In this document: piece by piece, positions 54,812-63,848 of the stretch
How positions within the stretch are numbered: the first letter of the stretch is position 1
Layout of the letters: every line of letters starts with the position of its first letter
Source of the DNA: Gemmatales bacterium
Lineage (GTDB): Bacteria > Planctomycetota > Planctomycetia > Gemmatales > Gemmataceae
DNA length: 64,000 nucleotides
Reading direction: 5' to 3'
NCBI GenBank assembly: GCA_038229635.1
Contig: JBBROG010000006.1
Coordinates: forward strand, 470 to 64,469
Made by a program: the position numbers and the translations under genes
Notes under the pieces: model-generated
What the model saw: the letters and a program-made list of their open reading frames with translations, nothing else
Told to the model about the DNA's origin: nothing
Databases searched by the model: none

Positions 54812-55465
54812 CTAGCCCTTCGCCTTGGCCGCCGTCTTCTCCAGCGACTTCAGATGTTCGCCGTTTTTCCCCTCCTTGAAGGGATTCTTGGGCGGCGCGG
54901 CCGGCGGGCCGCCCATCATGCCGCCGCCCCCGCCGCCGCCCGCGCTCGGCCAGCGATAGCCGGCCGCTTCGAGCGTCTCCTTGTCCTTTTCGAGGACCGC
55001 CAGGAGGCCGTTCAGCCGCTTCTGGGCCTCCTCGTCGCTGAGATCTTCCATGTCGTCGAGGCCCTTGAGTTGCTCGCTGACCTTCGCCCGCTGCTCGTCA
55101 CTGAGGTTGACGGCGAGCGGCTTTTGCGTCAGCTGGTCGAGCTTCGTCACCAGCGAGGCGAGTTGCCCCTTGGAGGGGTTGCCGCGGCCGCCGCCGCCCA
55201 TGCCTCCCCCGCCGCCGCCCATCCCCGGAGGGCCACCGCCGCCCCCGCCAGGGGGGCCGCCGCCCATGCCGGGAGGGGCGCCCTGTCCGCCGAACGTCGA
55301 CTTATTCGCCGCCTTGGGTCCGCCTTCGCCCTCGTCCTTTCCGCCTATCGGCGTTAGGCTGTAGCCGAGCAGACACATGCCGAGGACGCCGCCGCCGGCG
55401 CCTAACAGCAAGCAGACGAGACTGCTCGCGACGACGGTCGGGACACTCGCCGATGCCAGGGACAT
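54812..55465 (-). CDS. Membrane-anchored Gly-rich low-complexity protein with helical acidic module
   Basis: Internal ATG 55465 is followed by a TM segment. Poly-Gly/Pro tracts (GGGPPGGGGGGPPGMGGGGGGMGGGG) flank a charged helical region. Confidence 0.6.
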   Translation of the reverse strand: MSLASASVPTVVASSLVCLLLGAGGGVLGMCLLGYSLTPIGGKDEGEGGPKAANKSTFGGQGAPPGMGGGPPGGGGGGPPGMGGGGGGMGGGGRGNPSKGQLASLVTKLDQLTQKPLAVNLSDEQRAKVSEQLKGLDDMEDLSDEEAQKRLNGLLAVLEKDKETLEAAGYRWPSAGGGGGGGMMGGPPAAPPKNPFKEGKNGEHLKSLEKTAAKAKG

Positions 55466-55627
55466 AACACACCTCCTCCGCCCGCGAAACGGGGGCGGGA
55501 CAACGGGGATGAGAACCACGGCGCTGCACGCGGGACAATGGGGGAGTGTAATGCCCGTCGTGGTGAGAAGCAAATGAGAATCGACATCTTTTCCGGAAGG
55601 CGCTGGCGGGGCGGCGTTCCCTTCGCG

Positions 55628-55633
55628 TACAAT
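55628..55633 (+). promoter_or_regulatory. TACAAT -10-like box
   Basis: TACAATCG lies 43 nt upstream of the GTG at 55676. Confidence 0.3.
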
Positions 55634-55675
55634 CGGCGTCGGGACGCGACACTCTTACCACCGGGGGACTCGACC

Positions 55676-56431
55676 GTGGAACTCGCATCGCGCCGCTCCT
55701 TCAACGCGCGGCTGCTCGGCTCGCTGACGGCGTTCGGCCTCCTCGAGACGCTGTACGCCAACGACCTCTTCGCCGACTCCGTCAAGCCGGTCATCCAGAA
55801 GTGGGCGGCCGAGCTGTACGAGCTGTGCCGCGACGTCAAGGGCGGGAAGGTCAAGGACACCGACTGGCAGGAAAAGATCGAAGCGCTGTACAAGCGCGTC
55901 GACCTGGCCGAGCTGGTCAAGCTGATCGACCTCGACCGCCTGGCGAAGGGCGTCAAGTACCCGGAGCGGGGGGCGGCGAGCCTCGGCGTCGACCTGTCGA
56001 AGGTCGAGGGGCTGCCGAAGGGCTTCACCCTCGGCAAGCAGATTTTCGCCCTCCGGAAAGGGCGTGCCATCGTGCCGCACGGGCACGACAACATGTGTAC
56101 CGGCTTCATCGTCCTGCGCGGCACCTTCGCCGGCCGGCACTACGACCGCGTCGAGGACAACGCCGACCACTATCTCGTCCGGCCGACCATCGACCGCTCT
56201 TTCAAGCCGGGCGAATGTTCCACCATCTCCGACCACAAGGACAACGTCCACTGGTTCACCGCCGAGAGCGAACCGGGCTTCATCTTCAACGTCCACGTCA
56301 TGGGCTACAACCCGGGGAACCCGAAGTCCGGGGCGCGCGTCTACGTCGACGTGGACGGCGAGAAGGTCAAGGGCGGGCTGGTCGTCGCGAAGAAGATGAC
56401 GTCGTCGGAGTGTCACAAGAAGTACGGGTAA
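55676..56431 (+). CDS. Tat-signal cupin-like protein of unknown function
   Basis: The GTG start gives VELASRRSFNARLLGSL with a twin-Arg motif. His-rich segments HGHDN...HWF suggest a cupin. The alternative start is ATG 55574. Confidence 0.55.
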   Translation: MELASRRSFNARLLGSLTAFGLLETLYANDLFADSVKPVIQKWAAELYELCRDVKGGKVKDTDWQEKIEALYKRVDLAELVKLIDLDRLAKGVKYPERGAASLGVDLSKVEGLPKGFTLGKQIFALRKGRAIVPHGHDNMCTGFIVLRGTFAGRHYDRVEDNADHYLVRPTIDRSFKPGECSTISDHKDNVHWFTAESEPGFIFNVHVMGYNPGNPKSGARVYVDVDGEKVKGGLVVAKKMTSSECHKKYG

Positions 56432-56447
56432 CGGCGCCGAGCGCGGC

Positions 56448-57089
56448 TCACGGCGCTTCGCCGATCTTCCCGTCCTTCAGCCGAAACAGCACGTCCGCCA
56501 GCGCCCGCGCCTCGGACAGGTTGTGCGTGACGTGCAGCGCCGTGACGCCGGTCCGCCGCTGCACGTCGCGCAGCACGGCGTACATCTCTTGTCGCGTCTC
56601 GTCGTCGAGGGCGCTGAGCGGCTCGTCGAGCAGCAGCACGCGCGGCCGGAACGACAGCGCCCGTCCCAGCGCCACGCGCTGCGCCTCGCCGCCCGACAGC
56701 CGGGCCGGAAGGCGCTCAAGGAGAGGAATAATCCCGAGAAACTCCGCCAACTCCGCGACGCGCCGGGCGACGTCGGCGCGCCCCCAGCGGCGCACCGTCG
56801 GCGCGAAGGCGAGGTGTTCGCGGACGGTCATCGTTGGGAACAGGGCGAGGTCCTGCGGCAGGTAGCCGACGCCGCGATCCGCCGGCGCCAGGCGCGTCAC
56901 GTCGCGGCCGCCGAGCAGGACGCGGCCGGAGCGCACCGCCTTGAGGCCGGCGATGGCTTCCAGGAGTGTCGTCTTACCGGAGCCGGTCTTGCCCATGAGG
57001 ACGGCGTACTGTCCCGCCGGCACGTCGAGGTAGAGGCCGTCCGCGACGAAGGCGCCGGCGCGGAGCGACAGGTTGTCGACGGCGATCAT
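56448..57089 (-). CDS. ABC transporter ATP-binding protein (molybdate/tungstate/sulfate type, no C-terminal regulatory domain)
   Basis: Walker A is GKTGSGKTT, the signature is LSGGEAQR, and Walker B is LLLDEP. It is only 213 aa. Confidence 0.85.
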   Translation of the reverse strand: MIAVDNLSLRAGAFVADGLYLDVPAGQYAVLMGKTGSGKTTLLEAIAGLKAVRSGRVLLGGRDVTRLAPADRGVGYLPQDLALFPTMTVREHLAFAPTVRRWGRADVARRVAELAEFLGIIPLLERLPARLSGGEAQRVALGRALSFRPRVLLLDEPLSALDDETRQEMYAVLRDVQRRTGVTALHVTHNLSEARALADVLFRLKDGKIGEAP

Positions 57090-57098
57090 GACGGCTCC

Positions 57099-57956
57099 TC
57101 AACCATGCCCCTTCCTCGCCGGCGCGTCCCCACCATACACCCGCACTACGACCAGCACAACGACCGCCGCCAGCACCATCAAGAGCGACACCGCCACCGC
57201 CGCGTCGAGGTTGCCGACGCTCAACTCCAGGAACACCGTCGTCGGCAGTACCTCCGTGTGCATGCGCGTCGCCCCCGAGAAAACCAGGATCGGCCCGAAC
57301 TCGCCCAGCGACCGCGCCCACGCCAGCGTCGCCGCCGTCACCATGCCGCGCCGCGCCTGCGGCAGTACCACCCGCCAGAACGCCTGCGCCCGGCTACAGC
57401 CCAAGGTCAGCGCCACCTGCTCGTGGCGCACGCCGAGGCCGTCGAAGGTCACGCGCATCGTCCGCACCGCGAAGGCGCACGCCACCGCGAACTGTGCCAG
57501 GACGACACTCGGGATCGCATAAGTGATCGGAATCACGCTCTCGACGGCGCGGCCGAGCGACGTCTGGAACAGCAGCAGCAGGCTCAGCCCGATCACCAGT
57601 GGCGGCAGGACGACGGGGATGTCGAGCAGGGCGTCGAGGAGCCCCTTGCCGGGGAAGCGGTAGCGCGACAGCAGGTAGCCGAGCGGCACGGCGCACCACA
57701 GCGACAGGATCGCTGTCACGCTGCACGACAGCAAACTCAGACGCACGGCGTAGCGGATCTCCGGCGAGCGCAAGGGGCTGGCGAGGCGATCCGCCACCCG
57801 CGCCGGCCAGCCGTCCTTGTCGGGGTGGACGTCGCGGAAGAGGTAGGCGGCGTCGGCGGCGAGCATGGCGACGATGAGGACGACGTAGACGCCGCCGAGG
57901 ACGCCGAGGGCCAGCAGAAACGGCGTGTCGGATCGCGACCGGCGCGGCTCGCTCAC
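57099..57956 (-). CDS. ABC transporter permease (ModB/CysTW-like)
   Basis: The GTG start at 57956 overlaps the upstream stop (GTGA). An EAA-like loop ARSLGEFGPILVFSG is present. Confidence 0.85.
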   Translation of the reverse strand: MSEPRRSRSDTPFLLALGVLGGVYVVLIVAMLAADAAYLFRDVHPDKDGWPARVADRLASPLRSPEIRYAVRLSLLSCSVTAILSLWCAVPLGYLLSRYRFPGKGLLDALLDIPVVLPPLVIGLSLLLLFQTSLGRAVESVIPITYAIPSVVLAQFAVACAFAVRTMRVTFDGLGVRHEQVALTLGCSRAQAFWRVVLPQARRGMVTAATLAWARSLGEFGPILVFSGATRMHTEVLPTTVFLELSVGNLDAAVAVSLLMVLAAVVVLVVVRVYGGDAPARKGHG

Positions 57957-59461
57957 TTGGGTAGCGCCCCCCAGCCGAAGCCCTGCGCCTCGAAGCGTGC
58001 CCGCGACTCCGCCGAGCGCAGCGCCGCCACCAGCCGCCCCGCCAACTGCTTGCGCCGCGACTCCTTCGCCACCGCGATCGGCTGCTCGGCGACGGCGCAC
58101 GGCACGTCGATGGGGAGGGCCTCCAGGCGGTCCCCGGCGCTCGTGGCGTTGCTGACGTAAGCGATCACGGCGTCGAGCGACCCGGCAAGAAGCTGGTTGA
58201 CGAGCATGTCGCCGGTCGGCGACTGCACCGTCACGTTCTTCATCACCCGGCCCCGGAAACCGCCCTGGCGCAGCGTCTCCTGCGTCAGCACGCCGAGGGC
58301 GCACTGCTTCTCGTGGCCGACGCCGACGCGCAGGCCCGGCTTGCCGAGGTCGTCCAGCGAGCGGACGCCGTGCGGGTTGCCCTTCTTCACGAGGAGGACG
58401 AGGCGGTTGTTCGAGACGCCGACGGCGCCGGGGAAGAGGTCGCTCACCTGGCTCATGAACGACTTGTCGCAGGCGAAATAGACGTCGGGCGCCCTGGCCG
58501 GCGCCGCCCGCATCTGGGCGACGAGGATGCCGCAGCCGTTGTACACCTCGGTGACGCGGACGCCCTCGCGGCGGCCGAAGTCGGCGAGCGTGTCCTTGAC
58601 GGCCGGCCGCAGCATGGCGCCGGCGTAAAGCACCAACTCGGGCTCCTCGGCCCAGGCGTCGCCGTCGACGGTCGCGAAGCCCTGGCGCGCGAACTCGGCC
58701 AGGCCGCGGTCGCTCGCGGCGAGGTAGCGGGCGAAGCGCAGCGCGGCGGCCGGCTGGGTCGAACAGTCCAGGACGGCGACCGACACCTGCGCCGTCACGC
58801 CGTCGAGTTGCGGCAGCGCGACCGCCTCCAGCCCGTCGACCTGGCGGACGGTGGCGTCCCAGACGAAGCCGGCGTCGACGGTGCCGAGCTTGACGTCGTT
58901 GGCGACGTCGGTGACCGTCGGCTTGAAGACGAGGGTGCGCCGCTTCAGGGCGTCCCAGTCGCCGGTCTTGACGAAGGCGTCGCGTGTCAGCTTGCCGATC
59001 GCGGCGGCGTCGGGGTTGGCCTGTGCGAGGCGGACGCCGTCGCGGAGGAGCGCTTCGAGAGAGGTCAGGTTTTTCGGGTTGCCGCGCGGCACGCCGAGGA
59101 CCGCCGCCATACGGGCGAGCGGGATCGTCTCGGCGACCAAACCCTTGGAACGGGCCAGGTCCAGGTAGCTGTCGTCGGCGGGGAGGAACAGGTCGCCGCG
59201 GCGCGTCAGCTCGGCGTTGGCGAGCAGCGTCTGCGAGCCGCCGTAGTTGATCCGCACCGGGACGCCGTATTCTTGCTCGTAGCGGCGGGCGACGGCCTCC
59301 ACCGGCCCCTTGATGCCGGCGGCGCAGGAGAGGAGGAGCGGCTCGTTCGTGGGGCCGTCGGCGGCGTCGCCGGGCGGGCGCAGGAGCAGGAAGACGAGGA
59401 TGGCGAGCAGCGCCACGGAGGCGAGGAACGCCAGCCACGCGCCGCGGAGGGAGCCGAGCAT
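57953..59461 (-). CDS. Tandem-duplicated molybdate/tungstate-type periplasmic binding protein (two PBP2 modules in one polypeptide)
   Basis: An N-terminal TM anchor is followed by two ModA-like halves. The first contains INYGGSQTLL...DLFLPAD. The second contains EVYNGCGILV...DVYFACD. Confidence 0.75.
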   Translation of the reverse strand: MLGSLRGAWLAFLASVALLAILVFLLLRPPGDAADGPTNEPLLLSCAAGIKGPVEAVARRYEQEYGVPVRINYGGSQTLLANAELTRRGDLFLPADDSYLDLARSKGLVAETIPLARMAAVLGVPRGNPKNLTSLEALLRDGVRLAQANPDAAAIGKLTRDAFVKTGDWDALKRRTLVFKPTVTDVANDVKLGTVDAGFVWDATVRQVDGLEAVALPQLDGVTAQVSVAVLDCSTQPAAALRFARYLAASDRGLAEFARQGFATVDGDAWAEEPELVLYAGAMLRPAVKDTLADFGRREGVRVTEVYNGCGILVAQMRAAPARAPDVYFACDKSFMSQVSDLFPGAVGVSNNRLVLLVKKGNPHGVRSLDDLGKPGLRVGVGHEKQCALGVLTQETLRQGGFRGRVMKNVTVQSPTGDMLVNQLLAGSLDAVIAYVSNATSAGDRLEALPIDVPCAVAEQPIAVAKESRRKQLAGRLVAALRSAESRARFEAQGFGWGALPK

Positions 59462-59491
59462 GAGGTACGGCCAATGCGGGTCCGTCGGGAG

Positions 59492-59520
59492 CCTCGGGCG
59501 GGGAACGTCCCCGACCGAGG
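59492..59520 (-). terminator. Hairpin between small Cys-rich ORF and the binding-protein gene
   Basis: A 12-bp stem with one mismatch and a 3-nt loop. There is no U-tract. Confidence 0.3.
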
Positions 59521-59584
59521 CGCCGAACGGAGCTTAGTGTAGCAGGCGCGACGTCGCGGCGGAACGGCGGTCGGGCGCAGGCTT

Positions 59585-59923
59585 TCACTCGCAGTTGGGC
59601 GAGTTGCACGGCCCCACCATCCAGTCCGCACCCGGGTAACTGCCGAGACAGTCCGCTTCGGAAATGCCGGACTTGCACAACTTGAGCGGCGCGCCGATGT
59701 CAATCATGCAGCACCCCGCCACGTCGGCAGGCGTGCCGGAACCGTGGGCGCTCTGGAGCAGCCGCCCCGAGAGTTGGAAGACCCCACGCAGGAGCGTCTT
59801 ATCCTCGGCCAGCTGAGCGGCCACCATCTCCGGATCCTGTTCCGACAGGATCTTCACCAGGGCTCGGGCCAGCGTCAGGGGGTCGGTCTGCCGGGCCGGT
59901 GACTTTTGGTCGGACATTGCCAC
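59585..59923 (-). CDS. Small protein with leader-like N-terminus and 6-Cys C-terminal region (RiPP-precursor-like)
   Basis: GTG 59923 lies 8 nt downstream of a strong AGGAGG. The C-terminus is GCCMIDIGAPLKLCKSGISEADCLGSYPGADWMVGPCNSPNCE. Confidence 0.6.
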   Translation of the reverse strand: MAMSDQKSPARQTDPLTLARALVKILSEQDPEMVAAQLAEDKTLLRGVFQLSGRLLQSAHGSGTPADVAGCCMIDIGAPLKLCKSGISEADCLGSYPGADWMVGPCNSPNCE

Positions 59924-59974
59924 GTTCGTTTCCTCCTAAGGGGATCGAGGAACCAGGGATCGCCATTGACTGGC

Positions 59975-62900
59975 TTAAGGGTACGCCGAGGGAGTCGTTC
60001 GCTGCCCGCGCAGGCTGGCTCGTCGCTGTCGCCAGACCTCGGGGTCGAGGGGGCCGACCGTCAGACCGCCGTCCCCCTTCAGTTCCAGGCCGGTGAGCGC
60101 CTCGGCCCACAGCCGGGCAAACTCTTCACTGCCGGCCAGGGCGGCCGGCGGGAGGTGCCAGCCGCGCACGTTGCCGTCCAGACCCGCCGTGTAGGCGGTC
60201 GGACTCGCGGGGTCAAAAGCCGCCGCCCAAACCTGGGGGCGGTGCGGCAGGGCGGGGCCGACGGGAGCCCCGGAGGCCGCGTCCCAGAAGCGAGCCGTGC
60301 CGTCGAAGCTTCCGGTCAGCACCAGGCGCCCGTCCGGGCTGTAGGCGATTGCTCTCACCAGGCCGGCGTGGGCCGGCTTGCGGTAACGGGATTGCCCCGT
60401 CGCGACGTCCCACTGATGGAGTTCGGCCTTTCGCCCGGTGGGTTGATGCCCCCCGCTGGCGGTCGCGAGGGTTCGGCCGTCGGGGCTGAAGGCCAGGGCG
60501 TAGACCTCGTCCGCGTGCCCCAGCGGTTGGCCGATGGCGAGCGCCTGGGAAGCGTTCCAGAGGCGGACCATCCCGTCCGCCCCGGCCGTGGCCAGCGTCT
60601 CGCTGTTCGGGCTGAAGGCCAGGGCTTCGACCCGACCCCCGTTCGGGGAGAGCTCGTTCAGTCGCTCGCCGCTCCGCGACCAGGTGCAAACCTTGTCGCC
60701 GCTGGTGGAGCGTGTCGCCAGCATCGTCCCATCGCGATTGAAGGTGAGAGAGGAGACGAAGCCCGTCTGGCGCCAGCGCTCGTGATTCAAGGGCGGCCCG
60801 GCCGGCTGGAGAGAAACCGTATTCCAGCACTGGACCGTACTCCGTAACGGAACCCGCCCTTCCTTCTTCTCCCCGGCCACCCCGGAACCCGTGACGAACG
60901 TTTGCCCGTCCGGGCTGAAGGCCACTCCTTGAGGGATGCCCTCGACGGGGACCCGCCGGCTGACGAACTGCCCCTCGACTTTATCCCAGAGGCGAACTTC
61001 ACTTCTCGTCTCCTCGATGGGGGCAGTCCACTTCCTGCCGACGTCCTCGGTGACCGTGAGCAGGGCGTGCCCGTCAGGACTGACCGCCAGGGCGCGGACG
61101 AGTTGGTACTTGTGTTCCAGCACCAGGCCGTTCGTCTGGCCGGGCGCCTCGCCCCAGAGCCGCGCCGTGCGATCGGCCGTGGCGACGAGGAGCGTCTTCC
61201 CTTCTGGGCCGAAAGCAAGGACCGTGGCGGCGCCCGCGTGAGGAAGGGGCGTCCCGAGGGGCCGGGCGGTGTCCGCCTCCCAGAGGCGAGCGACCCCGTC
61301 TTTTCCGCCCGTCAGGAGGGTGCGGGCGCCGGGGCCGAAGGCGAGCCGCGCGACGGTCCCCCCGTGCGCCACGGCGGCGAAGACCTGTTGGCCGGTGACC
61401 GCGTCGTACAGAGTCGCGTCCGCCCCGGACGCCAGGGCGAGCAGCGGCTTCCCGTCGCGGAAGGCCAGGGCCGAGGGGGCGTCGGCGTACTCGGGGGACG
61501 GGTCGAGAAGCCGGCCGCCGGCCGCGTCCCAGTGGAAGACCTGCGTAAAGGCTTTCGCCCGCGTGCGGACCACCGACTGGGTGAGGCAGGTCGCGCCGTC
61601 GGCGCTGAACGCCACGGAGCGGATGAGGATGGCAGCCGGCGGGCCGCCGGCCCGATGCGCGAAGTCGCGGAGGACGCCGCCCGTGGCCGCGGCGCACAGG
61701 AGGGCGCGGCCGTTCGCCGTCCCGGCGAGGAGGGTCTTGCCGTCCGGGGAGAAGGCGACGCTGAGGACGGCCTCGGACGGGGCCGCGCCCCAGAGGCATT
61801 CTCCCGTGCTCATGTCCCACAAGTGGAGGCCGGGTTCGCGGACCGTCGGCGGCTTCTCGAAGTTGCCGGACGCCGTCGCCAGCGTCGTGCCGTCGGGGCT
61901 GAAGGCGAGGGCGTTGACCCGGTCGAGTTGGAGGAAGGGTTCGCCGCCGGTCTCGTCCGCCGTGAGGTCGTAGCGCCGCACGGCGCCGTCCGCACTCCCG
62001 ACGACGAGCGCCTTGCCGTCCGGGCTGAGCGCGGCCGTCAGGACGTCCCGCGGCAAGCGGTAATACCCTTGCAACGGCCGCACCTGCCGCCCCCACGCAG
62101 CGAGGTTCAGCCGGGCGACGCGCCCCAAATCGGCGTCCTCTCCGTCCGCCGCCGCGCGCAGGCCGCGCTGGAGCCAGAGCAGGCCCGCGTGGGCCTCGCC
62201 GCGCTCGGACAGCGCCAGCCCGTGGTCGACGAGGAGGCCCGCCGTCTCCCCGTGCGCCTTGCGCACCCGCGCGCCTTGCGCGCGCTCGCGCGGCACGACC
62301 TCCAGGGCGTAGTGCAACAGGCCGGCGAACACGAGCAGCACCGCGACGGCCGCGACGGCGCCGACCGCGGACAGCGTCGGGTTGCGCCGGCACCAGCGCG
62401 CCCCCTTCTCCGCCCGCCCGACCGGCCGCGTGTGGAGCAGCGGCCGGCAATCCAGGTAGCGCCGCAGCTCGTCGGCGAGTTGGCCCGCGCCGGCGTAGCG
62501 CCGCGCCGGATCCTTGTGCAGACACTTCAGGCAGATCAACTCCAGATCGTGGTCGATGGCGGCGTTGAGCTGCCCCGGCGGCACCGGCTCGTTATCCATC
62601 ACCTGGCGCAGCGTCTCGACCGGCTCGGCGGCCTGGAACGGCGGGCGGCCGGTTGAGTGCGACCGTCCGCCCGCTCGGCCGGTGGAAGGCGCGGTAGACC
62701 ACGCCCATGCCGCCCTGGCCGATTCGGGCGTGCAGGTCGTAGTCCCCGAGCGTGGCCGGCGCGGCGGCGCCCCCGCCGAACGAAGGTCGGTCCCGGCCAT
62801 TCAAGGCGTAGGGGAGGGTGGCGGATTGCGACCCGTCGGCGGCGCCATCGAAGGTCCCCGACCGTTCCATCGTCGGCAATTCTTCGAGGCCGGCGCGGAG

Positions 62901-63404
62901 GCATTGCCGCGCCTCCTCGGCGAGGCGCTTCGCGACCCAGGCGGGCATCCGCGCCGGCGGCGGCGCGGCTGCCTCCTCGGCGCCGAAGGCGTCGGCCACG
63001 GCGTCGGCGTGTTCGGGGAAGAGGGCGGTGTAGTCGCCGGGGCCGGGCGTCTCGCCGGCGCGGCGGCGGTAGTCGACGTCGAGGGCGACCAGTTCGCGCA
63101 GCAGCGCAGGCCGCAGCGGCGCCTCGACCGCGCCGACGAACGTCGTCACGTCGGGGCGCTCGCTCGCCCGCCACTCCGCCTCAAAGCGGTCGCATAATTC
63201 GTCGACGCGCCGGGCATCGCGTGGTTCATAACGAAATTCCGCCGCCGCGCTTCCGCCGGGCCTCGCGCGCTCAGGGAATCCGCAGGTGACGACGAAACCC
63301 GCCACCTTGGCGCGAGTATTTCCGAGATTGTTCCGGAAAGGTGTCGGCAACCGATGCGGCGCGGCATTTGCTGGAAGAAGGGCATAAGACCGCCCGGCCC
63401 TCAA
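59975..63404 (-). pseudogene. Ser/Thr protein kinase - TM - WD40 repeat gene with internal deletion of the catalytic core and a frameshift
   Basis: The kinase N-lobe (IGQGGMGVVYRAFHRPSGRTVAL) is in the frame of track ORF 62592..63404. It abuts the C-lobe tail (TGRPPFQAAEPVETLRQV...) in the frame of ORF 59975..62800. The junction is near 62650-62656. No HRD or DFG motif is present. The true 5' start is undetermined. Confidence 0.7.
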
Positions 63405-63415
63405 GGAGTACCGTC

Positions 63416-63769
63416 ATGAGTGCGGAAACGCAGACCGACCTGCAAACGCCGAGAATCGCGGCCGACGACCTCAAGGCCCGGCTGGAATCGGGCGATCCCG
63501 TCATCGTGCTGGACGCCCGTGCGCCTAAAGCGTGGGCGGAGGGCGATCAACGGATCCGGGGCGACGTGCGAGTCGATCCGGAACACTTTCACGCCGACTC
63601 GTCCTGGCCCAAAGACCGGCTCACGGCCGTCTACTGTACCTGAACGAACGAAGCGACGAGCGCCCGTGTGGCGCAAGAGCTTCGTCGGCAGGGCTTCACG
63701 CACGCCTGCGCTCTGAAGGGTGGCTTCGACGCCTGGCAAGCCGCCGGCGGACCCGTCGCCCCCAAGTGA
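63416..63769 (+). CDS. Single-domain rhodanese with in-frame TGA (63641-63643) in the active-site loop: candidate selenoprotein, or a nonsense pseudogene
   Basis: AAGGAG lies 8 nt upstream of ATG 63416. The sequence ...RLTAVYCT-TGA-TNEATSARVAQELRRQGFTHACALKGGFDAWQAAGGPVAPK stays in one frame. The second stop is at 63767-63769. Confidence 0.55.
63648..63685 (+). promoter_or_regulatory. SECIS-like stem-loop 5 nt downstream of the in-frame TGA
   Basis: The outer stem is acgaagc/gcttcgt (7 bp). An internal loop follows, then the inner stem gcgcc/ggcgc (5 bp). The apical loop is cgtgt, with its first base 24 nt from the U of UGA. Confidence 0.4.
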
Positions 63770-63794
63770 CTGCGGCTCGAAGACACCTCCGCGT

Positions 63795-63819
63795 CGGTGC
63801 CGCCAGTCGGGCGGCACCG
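63795..63819 (+). terminator. Hairpin after the extended rhodanese ORF
   Basis: cggtgccgcc-agtcg-ggcggcaccg forms a 10-bp stem, 26 nt after the second stop. There is no U-tract. Confidence 0.3.
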
Positions 63820-63848
63820 ACACATCCAGCTTCGAGAGGACATGGGAC

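Noticed and set aside
59462-59584. Possible molybdenum-cofactor riboswitch in the leader of the Mo/W-type ABC operon.
   Set aside because: Only a simple hairpin (59492-59520) is visible. I cannot match the conserved Moco motif by eye. The hairpin is more simply explained as a terminator for the upstream small ORF.
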